A DNA stretch of 64,000 nucleotides from assembly GCA_964016885.1 (NCBI GenBank), contig OZ024740.1:154690001-154754000 (forward strand), given 5' to 3'. Below, in pieces: positions 27,549-40,671 of the stretch. The notes under the pieces are model-generated. The model was not told the origin of the DNA and made no database searches. It was given only the letters and a program-made list of their open reading frames with translations. Origin of the DNA: Eledone cirrhosa. Its lineage: Eukaryota. A program made the position numbers and the translations under genes. Each line of letters opens with the position of its first letter. The first letter of the stretch is position 1.

Positions 27549-27733
27549 CATCTATATTAAAATTATATATATATATATATATATATCATTTCGTTATTTG
27601 TTTTTATCGTCTCCGTTGAACCGGTACGTACTCACGCTCTATGCAAATTAGTCTGCCCACTACTAATTTTCATAGAAAAAGCATATAACGATATGTGCTT
27701 TTACGATTCTCTAGAAAGGCCGGAAGATAGGTA

Positions 27734-27778
27734 AATATTGCTGATGAGATGTAACAACATCGAAACTAGTCCAATATT
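27734..27778 (+). ncRNA. Canonical minimal type I hammerhead ribozyme
   Basis: AAUAUUG-CUGAUGA-GAUGU-aaca-ACAUC-GAA-ACUAGU-C-CAAUAUU. 7-bp stem I, perfect core, 5-bp stem II, palindromic stem III, GUC cleavage site. Confidence 0.9.
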
Positions 27779-28760
27779 CCTTGTCTGGCTTTCTGGAGAA
27801 TAGAGGAAAGGTGTTTCCTCAAAAACCAGTATGACTCTAAAAACCGGTTTGTCTGTGTGTTTACATACAGAATAGCTGGACACTCACAGTAAAGTGACCA
27901 GTGAAAAACTCGGTACATCTACATATGTACACGTGTGTGTATTCATATGCATACTAGTATTTCAGTATACATATGTGGATGTACATTTTTAACTTAATTG
28001 TTTAAGCGTCAGTCATACAAAAGTGAGTTACAAACGAAACGAAATTTAATTTCGTTTCGTTATTTGTTTTTATATATATCATCATTTCCATTTAACATTA
28101 ATTTTTCCACGCTTCCAGGGGTTAGATGGGCAATCCATGCCGGGAGACAAGTCTGGCCATTGTTGGCTTTGTGTCACACCTTGCTCTGGTGGGGACTGTA
28201 AATTTAGCTGGGTATTTTACAGCTGGATGCCCATTCTAACACCAACCATGTTTACAATATGGAACTGGATGGCTCCATTAGGAGGAGGGACAAGCCAGCT
28301 GGAAGTGCCGAGCCTATCTTACAATGGAACCATGTTTTCAGAGCCCAACCCATCACACAGTCAAACCATAGTTTTGGAGCCCAGTACCGGGTGGCATTGA
28401 TATGAGGAGCCTAACCTATCTCACAGCGCAGCCTCAGTTTTGGGGCCCGGTACTGTGTGGCACCACTATGAGGAGGGGTGGCCTGTCGGCTGCACAAAAC
28501 CCATCACACAACGTTGCCATAATTTTGGGGCTTGGTACTCGATGACACTGCTATGAAGAAGGACATGTGCAGAACCACAGTTTGGGAGCCTGGTATTGGA
28601 TGGTACCACTATGCAAAGGGACCTGTGATATCACTATGAGGAAGGACAGGCCATTTGGCAGTGCCAAACCCTTCTCACAGTGATACCCCAGTTTCAAAGT
28701 CCGGCACTCTGCATGCCACAGACACTTAATATGAAACTGGACTCTGCAGCCTAGGAGTAG

Positions 28761-29585
28761 ATGGCACCACTATGGGAAGTGACAGGCCAGTTGGCTGTGC
28801 CGAACCCTTCACACAGCAGACCCTCAATTCGGGTATTGGATGTGCATGACACCACTATGGGAAGTGACAGGCCAGTTGGCTGTGCCGAACCCTTCACACA
28901 GCAGACCCTCAATTCGGGTATTGGATGTGCATGACACCACTATGGGAAGTGACAGGCCAGTTGGCTGTGCCGAACCCTTCACACAGCAGACCCTCAATTC
29001 GGGTATTGGATGTGCATGGCACCACTATGGGAAGTGACAGGCCAGTTGGCTGTGCCGAACCCTTCACACAGCAGACCCTCAATTCGGGTATTGGATGTGC
29101 ATGGCACCACTATGGGAAGTGACAGGCCAGTTGGCTGTGCCAAAACCCTCTCACAGCAGACCCTCAATTCGGGTATTGGATGTGCATGACACCACTATGG
29201 GAAGTGACAGGCCAGTTGGCTGTGCCAAAACCCTCTCACAGCAGACCCTCAATTCGGGTATTGGATGTGCGTGACACCACTATGGGAAGTGACAGGCCAG
29301 TTGGCTGTGCCAAAACCCTCTCACAGCAGACCCTCAATTCGGGTATTGGATGTGCATGACACCACTATGGGAAGTGACAGGCCAGTTGGCTGTGCCAAAA
29401 CCCTCTCACAGCAGACCCTCAATTCGGGTATTGGATGTGCGTGACACCACTATGGGAAGTGACAGGCCAGTTGGCTGTGCCAAAACCCTCTCACAGCAGA
29501 CCCTCAATTCGGGTATTGGATGTGCATGACACCACTATGGGAAGTGACAGGCCAGTTGGCTGTGCCAAAACCCTCTCACAGCAGC
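28761..29585. repeat. 85-bp minisatellite, ~9.7 near-identical copies, with degenerate relatives at ~28270-28760 and ~29590-29950
   Basis: Unit atg(g/a)caccactatgggaagtgacaggccagttggctgtgcc...gggtattggatgtgc at 85-nt spacing from 28761. Confidence 0.95.
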
Positions 29586-30099
29586 ACACCAGTTTTGGAG
29601 CCAGGCCCTCTCCATGTGATGAACACTTCTCAATATGAAACCGGATAACATGTGACTCCACCACGTGACGAACCGTTCTCAGTACAAAAAGCACCTTGGG
29701 GTGGCTGGCATTGGAGGACACCACTATGCAAAAAGGCCAGTTTGAATCCAGTACTGGATGGCCCCGCTACGAGGACCCTAACCCATCTCACAGCGTAGCC
29801 ATATTTTCGTGTCCCAGCATCAGATAGCACCACCATTAGGAGGGACAGGCCAGTGGCTGCGCTGAACCCACCACACGGCATAGCCATAGTTGAGAGGCCC
29901 GATACTACATGACACCGCGATGAGGAAGGATAGGTGCGGGACCACAGTATGGGAGCCTGGCTTACAGCAGGAACACACACAATCTCACTTGACCTACTTT
30001 TCAGTGTCCCTACATCGATGGTTGCCACTCTGAAGTCACGGGTGAAGCATACAGCTTTGATGGGAGGGGGGTATCTTTGTGCCCGGTTTGGCGTTTGTA

Positions 30100-33000
30100 T
30101 CCACCATGAGGGTCCCCATATTTCGCTACTATTTTCAGCACACTTATGATCTTTAGCTGATGTAGATGCAATTTCAAGCACATATATGGATCACCATAAG
30201 GTTCCCCCTGTTAAGATGATGTAGCTGCTATTTCCAGCACATCTGTCGACCACCACGAGGTTACTCCTAGTTAGTTCCTATTTCAGGCACACCTATGGGC
30301 CACCCTGAGGTTCCCCCGTCCAACTGATGCAGCTGCAACCTCTAGCAAAACTATGGCCCACTATGCGGTTCCCCATTTACCTGATCTAGCACCTATTTCT
30401 AGCACACCTACGGTCCACAGTGAGGTTCTCCTATTTAGCTGCTATTTCTACCACAGCTATGAACCACCATAAGGTTCCCATTATTTTGATGATGTAGATG
30501 CTATTTCTAGCACACCTATAGACCACCATAACGGTTCCTTCTATTTAGCTGTTATTTCTAACACATCTATATACCAACATTTATTTAGCTTCTATTTCTA
30601 GCACACCTATGGACTACCATTAGGTTCCCCCTGTTTAGCTGATGTAGCTGTTATTTCTAGCAAACTTATAAACCACCATAAGTTTCTCCTATTTGGCTGC
30701 TACTTCTAGCACATCTATGGACAACAATCAGGCTCCCTTTTAACTGATGCAGCTACTATTTCTACCACAGCTATGAACCACCATAAGGTTTCCACTATTT
30801 TGCTGATGCAGCTGCTATTTCTAGCACACCTATAGACCACCATGGTGTTTCCCTTATTTAGTTGCTATTTCTACCACAGCTATGAACCACCATAAGGTTT
30901 CCACTATTTTGCTGATGCAGCTGCTATTTCTAGCACACCTATAGACCACCATAACAGTTCCTTCTATTTAGCTGTTATTTCTAACACATCTATATACCAA
31001 CATAAGGTCTCCCTATTTAGCTTCTATTTCTAGCACACCTATGAACCACAAAGAGGTTCCTCAAATTATGCTACCTTTTCTAGCACACCTATTGATTACA
31101 AGGAGGTTTTCCCCTAGTTAGAGGTTATTTCTAGCACACCTATGTACCTGTTCAGCTGATGAAGCTGTTATATCTAACACACTTATGGACCACCACGAGG
31201 TTCACCCCTATTTAGCTGCTATTTCTACTACATCTAGGGATTACCATGAACTTCTTCCTATTTAACTGCTATTTCTAGCACACCTATTTACCACCATGAG
31301 GTGCCCCCTATTTAGCTGCTATTTCCTGCATATCTATGGGACATCATGACGTTCCCCCTATTTACCTGCTATTTCCTGCACTCCTATTGACCACCATGAA
31401 GTTCCTCATATTTAGCTGCTGTTTCTAGTACACCTATGTACCACCATAAGGTGCTCTCTGTTTAGCTATGCAGCTGTTATTTCTAGCACACCTCTGAACC
31501 ACCATGATGTTTCCCTTATTTAGCTGCTATTTCTAGCAGACCTCTGGACCACCATGATGTTTCCTTTATTTAGCTGCTATTTTTAGCACACTTATGGACC
31601 ACCATGAGGTTCCTCTCTATTTAGCTGCTATTTCTAACACACATATTGAGCCTTATAAGGTTCCTCCTGTTCAGTTGATGAAGATGCTATTTCTAGCACA
31701 CTTATGGACAACCATGAGTTTCACCACTATTCAGTTGCTATTTCTAGCACACCAATTGACCACATTGAAGTTGCTCCTATTTAGCTGCTATTTCTAGCAC
31801 AATTATGGACCACCTTGAGGTTAGCCCTATTAAGCTGATAATTCTAGCACAAGTATGGACCACTATGAGGTTCCTCCTATTTAGCTGCTAAGCCTAGCAC
31901 ACACATGGACCTCTATAAGATACACCCTGTTTAGCTAATATAGATGCTATTTCTCGCACACCTATTGACCACCATGAGGTTCTCTTTTAAGAAGTTCCCT
32001 AGTTTAGCTGCTATTTCTAGCACACTTATGGACCTCCATGTGGTTCACTCTCTTTAGCTGCGTTTCCTAGCACACACATGGATCTCCATGTGGTTCCCCC
32101 TATTTAGCAGCTATTTCTAGCGCACATGAACCACAATGATGTTCCCCTTATTTAGCTGCTGTTTCTAACACACCTATGGGCCACCAGTGAGGTTCCTCCT
32201 GTTTAGCTGCTATTTCTAGCTCACCTATGGACCAACATGATCTTCCCCCCTATTTAGCTGCTATTTCTAGCATACCTATGAACCACCATGTGGTTTCTCC
32301 TGTTTAGCTCCGTTTTCTAGCACACATATGAACCGCCATTTGCTTCTCCCTATTTAGCATCTATTTCTAGCATACCTTGGGACCTCTAGCTGCTATTTCT
32401 AGCATATCTATTGATCACCATGAACTTTCTCCTATTTAGCTGCTATTTCTAGCATACTTTTAGACCACCATGAAATTCTGCCTATTTAGCTGCTGTTTTA
32501 AGCACACCTTTGGTCTACAATGATGTGCTCCTGTTTAGCTGATATAGCTACTATTTCGAGCACACCTATGGACCACGATGAAGTTGACCTTATTTAGCTG
32601 CTATTTCTACTACATCTATGGATTACCATGAAGTTCTTCCTATTTAACTTCTATTTCTAACACACCTATTAACCACTATGAGGTTCCGCCTATTTAGCTG
32701 CTATTTCCTGCACTCCTGTGTACCACCATGAGGTTCTCCTATTTAACTGCTGTTTCTAGTACACCTATGTACCACCATAAGGTTCTCCCTGATTAGCTAT
32801 GTAGCTGCTATTTCTAGCACACCTATAGACCACCATAATGTTTCCCTTATTTAGCTGCTAATTCTAGCACACCTATGTACCACCATGAGTTTCCCTATAT
32901 GTGACTGCTTATTCTAGCACATTTATGGACCACAATGAGGTCCCCCTATTTAGCTTCTATTTCTAGCATTCCTGATCCACCTTGAGGTTCCTCCTGTTTA

Positions 33001-33390
33001 GTTGATGTAGCTGCTATTTCTTGTACGCCTATAGACCACCATGAGGTTGCCTCACTGATGTAGCTGCTATTTTTAGCACACCTTTGGACCATCATGTGGT
33101 TCCCCCTGCCTAGCTATGTGGCTGCTTTTTCTAGCACACCTACTTACCACCATGAGGTGCACCCTATTTATCTGCTATTTCTAGCACAGTTACAGACCAC
33201 CCAGATTTTCCCCCCTGTTTAGCTGATATAGCTTCTATTTCTAGCACACCTATGGACCACGATGGGGTTCCCTCTATTTATCTGATATTTCTAGCACATC
33301 TATGTACCACCATACGGTTCTGCCTATTTAGCTGCTATTTATAGCACACCTATGGACCACCATCAAGTTCCCTCTGTGTAGCTATATCAC
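30100..33390. repeat. Degenerate ~50/59-bp minisatellite (~60 copies)
   Basis: Recurring tttagctgctatttctagcacacctatggaccaccatgaggttccccta, some units with an extra gatgtagct. Confidence 0.92.
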
Positions 33391-33694
33391 ACACACACTA
33401 TGGACTTCTGCACAATTTCTGTCTACCAAACTTCACTCACTTTTCAGTGTGGCTATAATAGAAGAAACAAGATTCTATGCAGTGGGATAGAACCTAAAAC
33501 CACATGTCTCTAAAGTGAACTCCTTAACCACCTGTGTCTACTCCATGCCTGAACCTATACTGTATATTTACTTTAACTTATACTTTCACATTTATATTCA
33601 GCATATCCTTGCTGGATGATAAACCCTAGAACTGGCTTGTGACAACAATATGTACCCTGTACACTCTGTAAAGTAGAAGTGCTGGTGTCATAAT

Positions 33695-33880
33695 AATTAT
33701 TTCTACATTGGCACAAGGCCAGCAATTATCCCAGTGTATTACTGGTACTATATTTTATCGACCCTGTAAGGATGAAAGACAAAGTTAACCTCAGCGGGAT
33801 TTGAACTCGGACCATAAAGGGCCGTAACTCTTGGCTGCAAAGCAAAGCGTCCGACTGTCTTCAGATACTGACAATCCACC
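33695..33880 (-). mobile_element. SINE copy (other copies at ~9765-9890 +, 12198-12330 +, 36690-36850 +, 41085-41360 -, 49390-49580 -)
   Basis: ggcacaaggccagcaatt...gacc..aaggatgaaag.caaagttaacctc.gcgggatttgaactc. Confidence 0.7.
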
Positions 33881-34680
33881 AAGCACTCAGTGTACCCTGT
33901 CTGGTGATAGTGCTTGTGTCATGATAAATTTCACCAGATACACATTGTGAAGTGAGTGACATTAAGAAGAGTTTCCAGCTTGAATGTATAGAAAGATGCA
34001 ATCATCTGACCTGTCTAGTCACAGAATGTTACAACCCACCTGACTCATGCCAGCATGTAACATGGACGTTAAATGGTGATGATGATGACGATGATGATGA
34101 TGACGACGACAGGGTTTGTTCTAAATTCTGTGTGTATCAAGTTTAGAATAGGTATACTGTAACTTTGCACATCAGGTTGGAATCAGGAAGGGAATCTAGC
34201 TGCAAAACATTGAACCCAAAAGGACCTCATGATCCACATGTCATGAGGCTGGCAAGGCTAACCACTGCTTCAGTAGAGAAAATTCCCTTAAATATTTCTT
34301 GGTATACAGTTTGTTGAATAATATACCTTTCAACACCAAGCTAGGATAATGTAGCTTATAAATTATAGTAAATAGGTGCTGTCATGGCTGCATGGTTAAG
34401 GAATCTACTTCACAATGGCAATATTCTTGGTTTAGGCCTGCTGCACAACACCTTGAGCAAGTGTCTTCCACTAGAGCATCAGGTTGACCAATGCTTTGTA
34501 AGTGAAATTTGGTAGATGAAAACTACAAAGATTGGGGTTAATATGCAGTGCCCAGCATGGACACAGTCTAGTAACTGAAATCAATAAAAGGATAAACATC
34601 ATAATGTTCTATATATTTTATATCTATAAATACATGGGACAAATATTCAAATTATAAAAGATTTAAATTTATTTTCTCAG

Positions 34681-34758
34681 GCTGACCTGATATATAGAAA
34701 TGTAGACCTGACTGATGCAATTTTTTCAATTAAATTGATGGGAATTATCTTAATATCA
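34681..34758 (+). CDS. ADAMTS-like exon
   Basis: ttttctcag|GCT...TCA|gtgagt. Translates ADLIYRNVDLTDAIFSIKLMGIILIS, the typical M12B 'xxLY...I.I.L..I.I' segment. Phase 0/0. Confidence 0.85.
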
Positions 34759-34800
34759 GTGAGTAATCATTATTTTACTTGATATTAATCATAGACCGAA

Positions 34801-35334
34801 CAGATGTTCTCAAAGTGGGCGCTACTGCTCCCGGCGAGATTTGAGAAGGTCCAAGGGGTGCTGGGGCCTAAGGAGGGGGGGGGGGGGAGAAATAATATAA
34901 TAGTATATTAAATATCAAATGTTACATATTATATATAAATATAGTAAAATAAAAAATGTATATTTATTTATACATAGTATATATTATATTATTTATTATA
35001 AAGTGGACGTGTAGGCGCCACGGAAAAAAGCACCCAGCACTCACTGTAAATGAGGTTGGTGTTAGGAAGGGCATCCAGCTGTAGAAATCAAGCCAAAATC
35101 AGTTCCTGTATGAGCACGGCATAGTCAGCCGACCAGACACTGCCCACAACAGGACAACCCATCTAACCCATGCTAGCATGGAAGAACGGACATAAAACGG
35201 TGATGATGATTTATTATATATTATTTACAATTTGTGCGTAGGCAGGTCTTTCTGGAAATAGGGTTGGGGAGAGGCGCTGAGGGTATTACGTGGCCATGAG
35301 GGGGACAGTGGCCCCAAAAATTTGAGAACCTCTG
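34801..35334. mobile_element. hAT-like MITE with an RTE 3'-UTR fragment inserted (~35005-35210)
   Basis: Terminal inverted repeats cagatgttctcaaa / tttgagaacctctg resemble hAT (Charlie-type CAGtGgTTCTCAAA) ends. TSD is degenerate. Confidence 0.55.
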
Positions 35335-37029
35335 ACCTAACACATTGAGTTAACTCTTGGTTCATGAATAGTTTATAGGCCTAACACACTGTCCTTGAAT
35401 ATTTTGTGTAATAGGCATAGCATGCCACCCTTTTTAACACCACCAGATGAATTATGATTACTGGGCATAGCAGATAACCCAGGAACCCACAATTGGTCTT
35501 TGTGTGACTTGTGAACAGTGCATAGTATATCACCCAGTATCACACCACTAATTGGTCCTTGGGTAACTTGTGGGCAGTAGACATAGCTTGCCACCTTGTT
35601 TAAGACCAGCACCTGGTCCTTTGATGAATTATGATTACTGGGCACAGCATATCATCCAGTTTCATACCAACAACTGGTCGTTGGGTGACTTGTCAACCAT
35701 AGGCATAATATGCCACCCAATCTCATACCACTAATTGGTCCATGGGTGAGCTGTGAGCATATTTAGTTTAACACCACCACCTGGTCTATGTGTGTTTTGA
35801 GGATTATGTTGCATTGGAACTCCAGCATTTATAATGAGTGTTCCAGTTGTTGGGTCAAACAATGGGTCAGCATACTCATAAAATTAATCCTGTGATAACA
35901 AATTGCCCAAAGATACCCTTGGTTTTATGATACAAAACTGTTTATTTTAAATGTTTATATTTATTTACAGAATTTTATGTAAAAATCTGTTATGTTGCAA
36001 ACATTAGCTCAATAATGAGAAAATTAGTTATATTACTAAATCCTTACAAATTCTTGATTAAATATTATCTGTAGTGTTTTCATAAGAAATATGGTAAGGA
36101 AAGGGTTATCATGCAAGTAGCTGAACATTACACAGACAAGTATGCCCTCAGGGAGATTCAGCATGATAGAGTGTATGGCAAGGTTGACCCTTTTTAATAT
36201 AGGTACAACTCATTTTTTCGAGCTGAGTGGACTGGAACAACATTAAATAAACTGCCTTGTTCAAGAATACATGTCAATGGGAATCAAATTCACAACCTCA
36301 TGATCATGAGCCAAATATTCTAACCACTAAGCCATACACCTTGTAGATTGTAGAACTACTATGTCACCAAGTTTAACTCAACCAGTTGATACTTGAGTGA
36401 CTTATTGTTTGTCAGTTTAACATGTCACCTAGTTTAACACCTATAGCTAAACCTTGGGTATTTTAACATTTCAATTTAACATCCCTATCTGGTTCATGGG
36501 TAACATGCCACCCAGTTTAACACATAATTAGTCGTTAGGTAATATAACATCCCAGTTTCAAACAACTTCCTGGTCACTGGGTAACATAACACCACAGTTT
36601 AACGCCTCTATCTAGTCCTTGGGTGACTTGCAGTTAGTCACTAATCTGAGAGTGAGTGTGACCTACAGATGTTCAATCCAATATTTCACAATTCACAATT
36701 TCTTCTTGTAGGTAGTGTGTTGTTGGAATGTCAGATAGAATACTTTGTGGTATTCATTCCAGCTCTCTGCTCTCTGAGTTCAAAACTCACCAAGCTCAAC
36801 TTGACCTTTAATCATTTCAAGGTTGACAAAAAAGTATCAATCCAGTACTAGAGTCAATTCTTCTGCACACTCTATCTCTATCTCTCTCTCTCTAACTGGG
36901 TTCAGATTTGGAGAAGGGATGGGCTCTGCCAGATTTATATTGGCCAAGACTTGTATGTCACTATTGTTGCTTTACAACCCCATTAGGAGTTATTGGTCCA
37001 TACATAAACACATATTTCTTCTTGTACAG

Positions 37030-37163
37030 AAAATATCACATGACATTTATTTGCAAGAAATGAATGGTGCCAACTACATTCATGGACCCCGCACACTTAA
37101 CTATTTGACTAACGAACGGGTGACTAAATATACCCAGTATGATCATGTTATGATGTTTTCACC
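37030..37163 (+). CDS. ADAMTS-like exon
   Basis: cttgtacag|AAA...CC|gtaagt. Translates KISHDIYLQEMNGANYIHGPRTLNYLTNERVTKYTQYDHVMMFS(P). YDHVMMFS corresponds to the M12B 'hDxAxLxT' motif. Phase 0/2. Confidence 0.85.
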
Positions 37164-38204
37164 GTAAGTTCCATTCTTCTTTTAACCATTTTCATATCAA
37201 ACTCCCTGAAACAGCCTCTGATTTACAATATTAAGCTTGATTTTAAAGTATATGCATTAATCTAAAAACCTTCCATCATAATTTTTGTTAGAACCTTTTA
37301 AGTTATGCTCCAAATGCCAGGTTAATTACTAGATTCTTCCAAATTCTTGATTATCTTTAAAATCATTTGAAAATCATAGGTAATATCTTTCATTGGAAAT
37401 ATGGAAATAAAAGGATTAAATCACTTTAGTTTGCTTCTTGTGTTTTTATCATGATATATTATATTTATCTAAAAACGCTCCATCTTAATTTTATTTAAGA
37501 ACCTTTGGGGATCCAGCTGGATTAGTTGAAGACGGTTGGACATGGTTGCTTCTGACAGGAACCTACTGGAAGAAGTGTTTAAGGACTCTGTCCCCACGAC
37601 CTTCTCAGGAATAAGTGGGCGTTGAAGAAGAAGAATGTTTTATAAGTTGTTCCAAACACCAGCTTATAAATGAGATAGTTATAGTTCTAAATCCTTCATT
37701 TAAAAATTATAGGCAGTCATTATGTCCAATGCTTGTGACAAAAAAAGAAGTTAAACCAGAGGATGAAGATGTCTTTCATATGGTAACAAAATGCTTAACT
37801 CCACATCACAAGACATACTGGTGTATGAATCAACTTTGCCATTCTTCCTTTTATCTTTCTTTTTTTTTATCAAGAAAGAAAGGGCAATACACATGACCCT
37901 TTTAATGGCTTCCCTAACTGGTGGGTGAGGATAACAGATTACATCTGAGTGTCTTAGAAAAGCAGACATTAAATAAAGTAGCTCTAATTAGATTATGTCT
38001 GAAAAAAAGATAGGATCACCAAGTCTGGAATACCTTGATCAAATGTGAAACTCTAGCTTGTAAATAGGTACTGACAGGTATTTAGGACAGAATGCCATGT
38101 GAGTTATGTCAAAGGTGTAGCTGGCAGAGATGACACTTAATACCTTAAATCAAGACTGATTCAAATGGGTTACTCTTATTCATTATAGTTCTCTAAGCCA
38201 TAAC

Positions 38205-39187
38205 AGAGGAGTTTAAGACTAGCTGCCCATGGGAACTTCTCTATGCTGATGATCTGGCACTTATAGCAGAATCAGCAGAGGAACTAGAGAATACATTCCG
38301 GCTAAAGAAACGGCAGTTGGAATCAAGAGGACTGAGAGAGAACCTAGTAAAGACTAAAGTGTTGATAAGTAGGAAAGAGGACAAAATTCTGATTCCATCA
38401 GGGAAATGGCCATGTTTAATATGTAGAAAAGGAGTTGGCATAAACTCTATAAAATGTACACAATACAGATCTTGGGTACACAAGAGGTGTAGTGAGATAT
38501 CAGGCAAACTAACAGGAAGGGAAAACTTCATATGTAGTAGATGTTCAGGGAAATTTGATAGAAGTGTCAGTGATAGGCATATTTTTCAAATGTAGGTAGG
38601 ATCTATAGAGGTGGTTGATAGCTTCCAATATCTAGGTGATCAGATTAGCAAGGGAGGGGGGTGCTCTGAGGCCATAGTATCTAGAATAAAGACAGGGTGG
38701 AAGAAGTTTAGGGAGCTGCTTCCTCTGTTGACAACGAAGGGTTTCTCCCTATGAACGAAAGGTCGGTAATATGATGCCTGTGTGAGATGCGCGATGCTGT
38801 AGTGAGACATGGGCAGCAACTGCGGAGATATATGCGATGGCTGGAGAGAAATGAAGCAAGCATGCTCCGGTGAATGTGCAATGTCAATGTGCGTGAACAA
38901 CCAAGCATAGACAAGTTGAGAGTGAAACTGTGTTGGTATGGATATGTGATGTGCATGGAAGATGACAGCTGGGTGAGAAGTGCCAAGAAATCCCGGTGGA
39001 AGGAAGACGCAGTAGAGGAAGACCAAGAAAAACATGGGTGGAGGTGGGGAGAGCTGACCTCAGATCGCTGAAGCTCACAGAGGAGATGACGAGGGACTGT
39101 GCTGAATGGAGAGATGCTGTGCTGAAGAGGACCCATCCCACCCTTGCAAGCAGGGAAAAGTGGATGTAAAATGGTGATGATGATGAT
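38205..39187 (+). mobile_element. Old 5'-truncated RTE LINE fragment
   Basis: [34 protein letters not shown], (GAT)n tail. Confidence 0.85.
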
Positions 39188-40621
39188 CTAACGAAACCTC
39201 AATGAAATTGAATAGTCGCATATCAGCATACACAGACCTTTAACTTCAGTCTGTCTAACTTAATTACCAATTCGTTTGTTTGGGCTCACATGTTGCTATC
39301 TGATTTTCTGCCCTTGTTTAGAGCGAAATGTCCGTCAAGACATCTGTTTAATGTTTCTGGGCACCCAATCCTTATAAACGCAAGACATTTTGACACCAGA
39401 ATTTGGAGTCTGCTTCTTCGCTCTACCATAGTCTGTTTTTAGCCTTGGACAGTTCCACAGATCATCTTTTAGACACACACAGATACATACACTTGCTAGC
39501 TAGCTCTGCCAGCAAAACTAGATACCAACATCAACAAAAGGTTAGTAGAATTCACTACTTTTAGATTCTACATTCATACACACAATCCAACCAACTTAAC
39601 ACATCACAATTATATGTACTCTATCTGAAACAAAAACCTTTCTGTTCATTAATGCACAATTTTTAGAAGTAAATTATGCAACCAATAAAAACACATAAAA
39701 ATTAGCAGTGTCTTGTTCATTTGTAAATTCATATCAATGTGATTGAGAAAATTGTCTTCCCCACGAAAATATCACACCACCACAAAAGTTACTACAACTA
39801 TTGGTTTCATCGACCATGGTAAGATTTCACAGCAACAATTCTCTCAACTCAGAGACACACACTTTACTCACTTGCCATGGACTCAACCAACAAACCTGTC
39901 AACTCATCTTACAACACCTACTACAAAACGACAAATGAACCAAGCAAACAAACAACCAAAACAAACAACTACTCTCTCACCTGCACACATATATATATAT
40001 ACTGTTTAACATCCTCGCCCCTCCATATCTGATACACCTCATGTCGAAGCTGTACAAACAAATATGGAAAGCTGGACATGCTCTACACCTGCTCTCCCAC
40101 AGTCATGCAACCATAGCCAAATCCACTATAAGGTGCTTGTATTGATGACAATAAAAAGCACCCAGTCTACGCAATAAGATGGTTGTGCTGGTGACACAAA
40201 AACATCACCCTGTAAGGCGGGTGTGCTGATGACACAACAAAAAGTACCCAGTCCATGCTGTAATGTGGTCGTGTCCGTGACATGACAAAAAAGCACTCAG
40301 TCCATCCTTAGATTGTCATTTTGGTGCCATGATAAAAAGCACCCTGTCCACACTGCAGTGTGATTGACATAAGGAAGGGCATCCAGCTGTAGAAACCAAG
40401 CCAAAATACAGATCCATATGAGTAAGATGTGGTCACCTGACCTGATTTGTCTCATAATGTGACAATCCGTCTAACCCATGCAAGCATAGAAAACGGATGT
40501 TAAACAGTAATGATGGTGATAATATATATGTATGTGTGTGTGTGTGTATATATATGTGTGTTTTTTAAGCCACCTTTGTGAGTGAAACACATGTATTGAG
40601 AATAAACATTTATTTTGAATT

Positions 40622-40671
<50 letters not shown>

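Larger units (their letters stand above)
21771..27886. repeat. 798-bp inverted repeat (arms 21771-22568 and 27089-27886) around a TA/TG-rich tract that holds an RTE insertion; probably a Penelope-pLTR-derived element
   Basis: Arms are reverse complements with about 4 mismatches seen by eye. Paired coordinates sum to a constant 49657. The ORF track shows the same 60-aa ORF at 21774+ and 27883-. Confidence 0.92.

Noticed and set aside
28761-29585. CRISPR-like regular array
   Set aside because: Whole units repeat with no unique spacers, the context is eukaryotic and there are no cas genes. It is a minisatellite.
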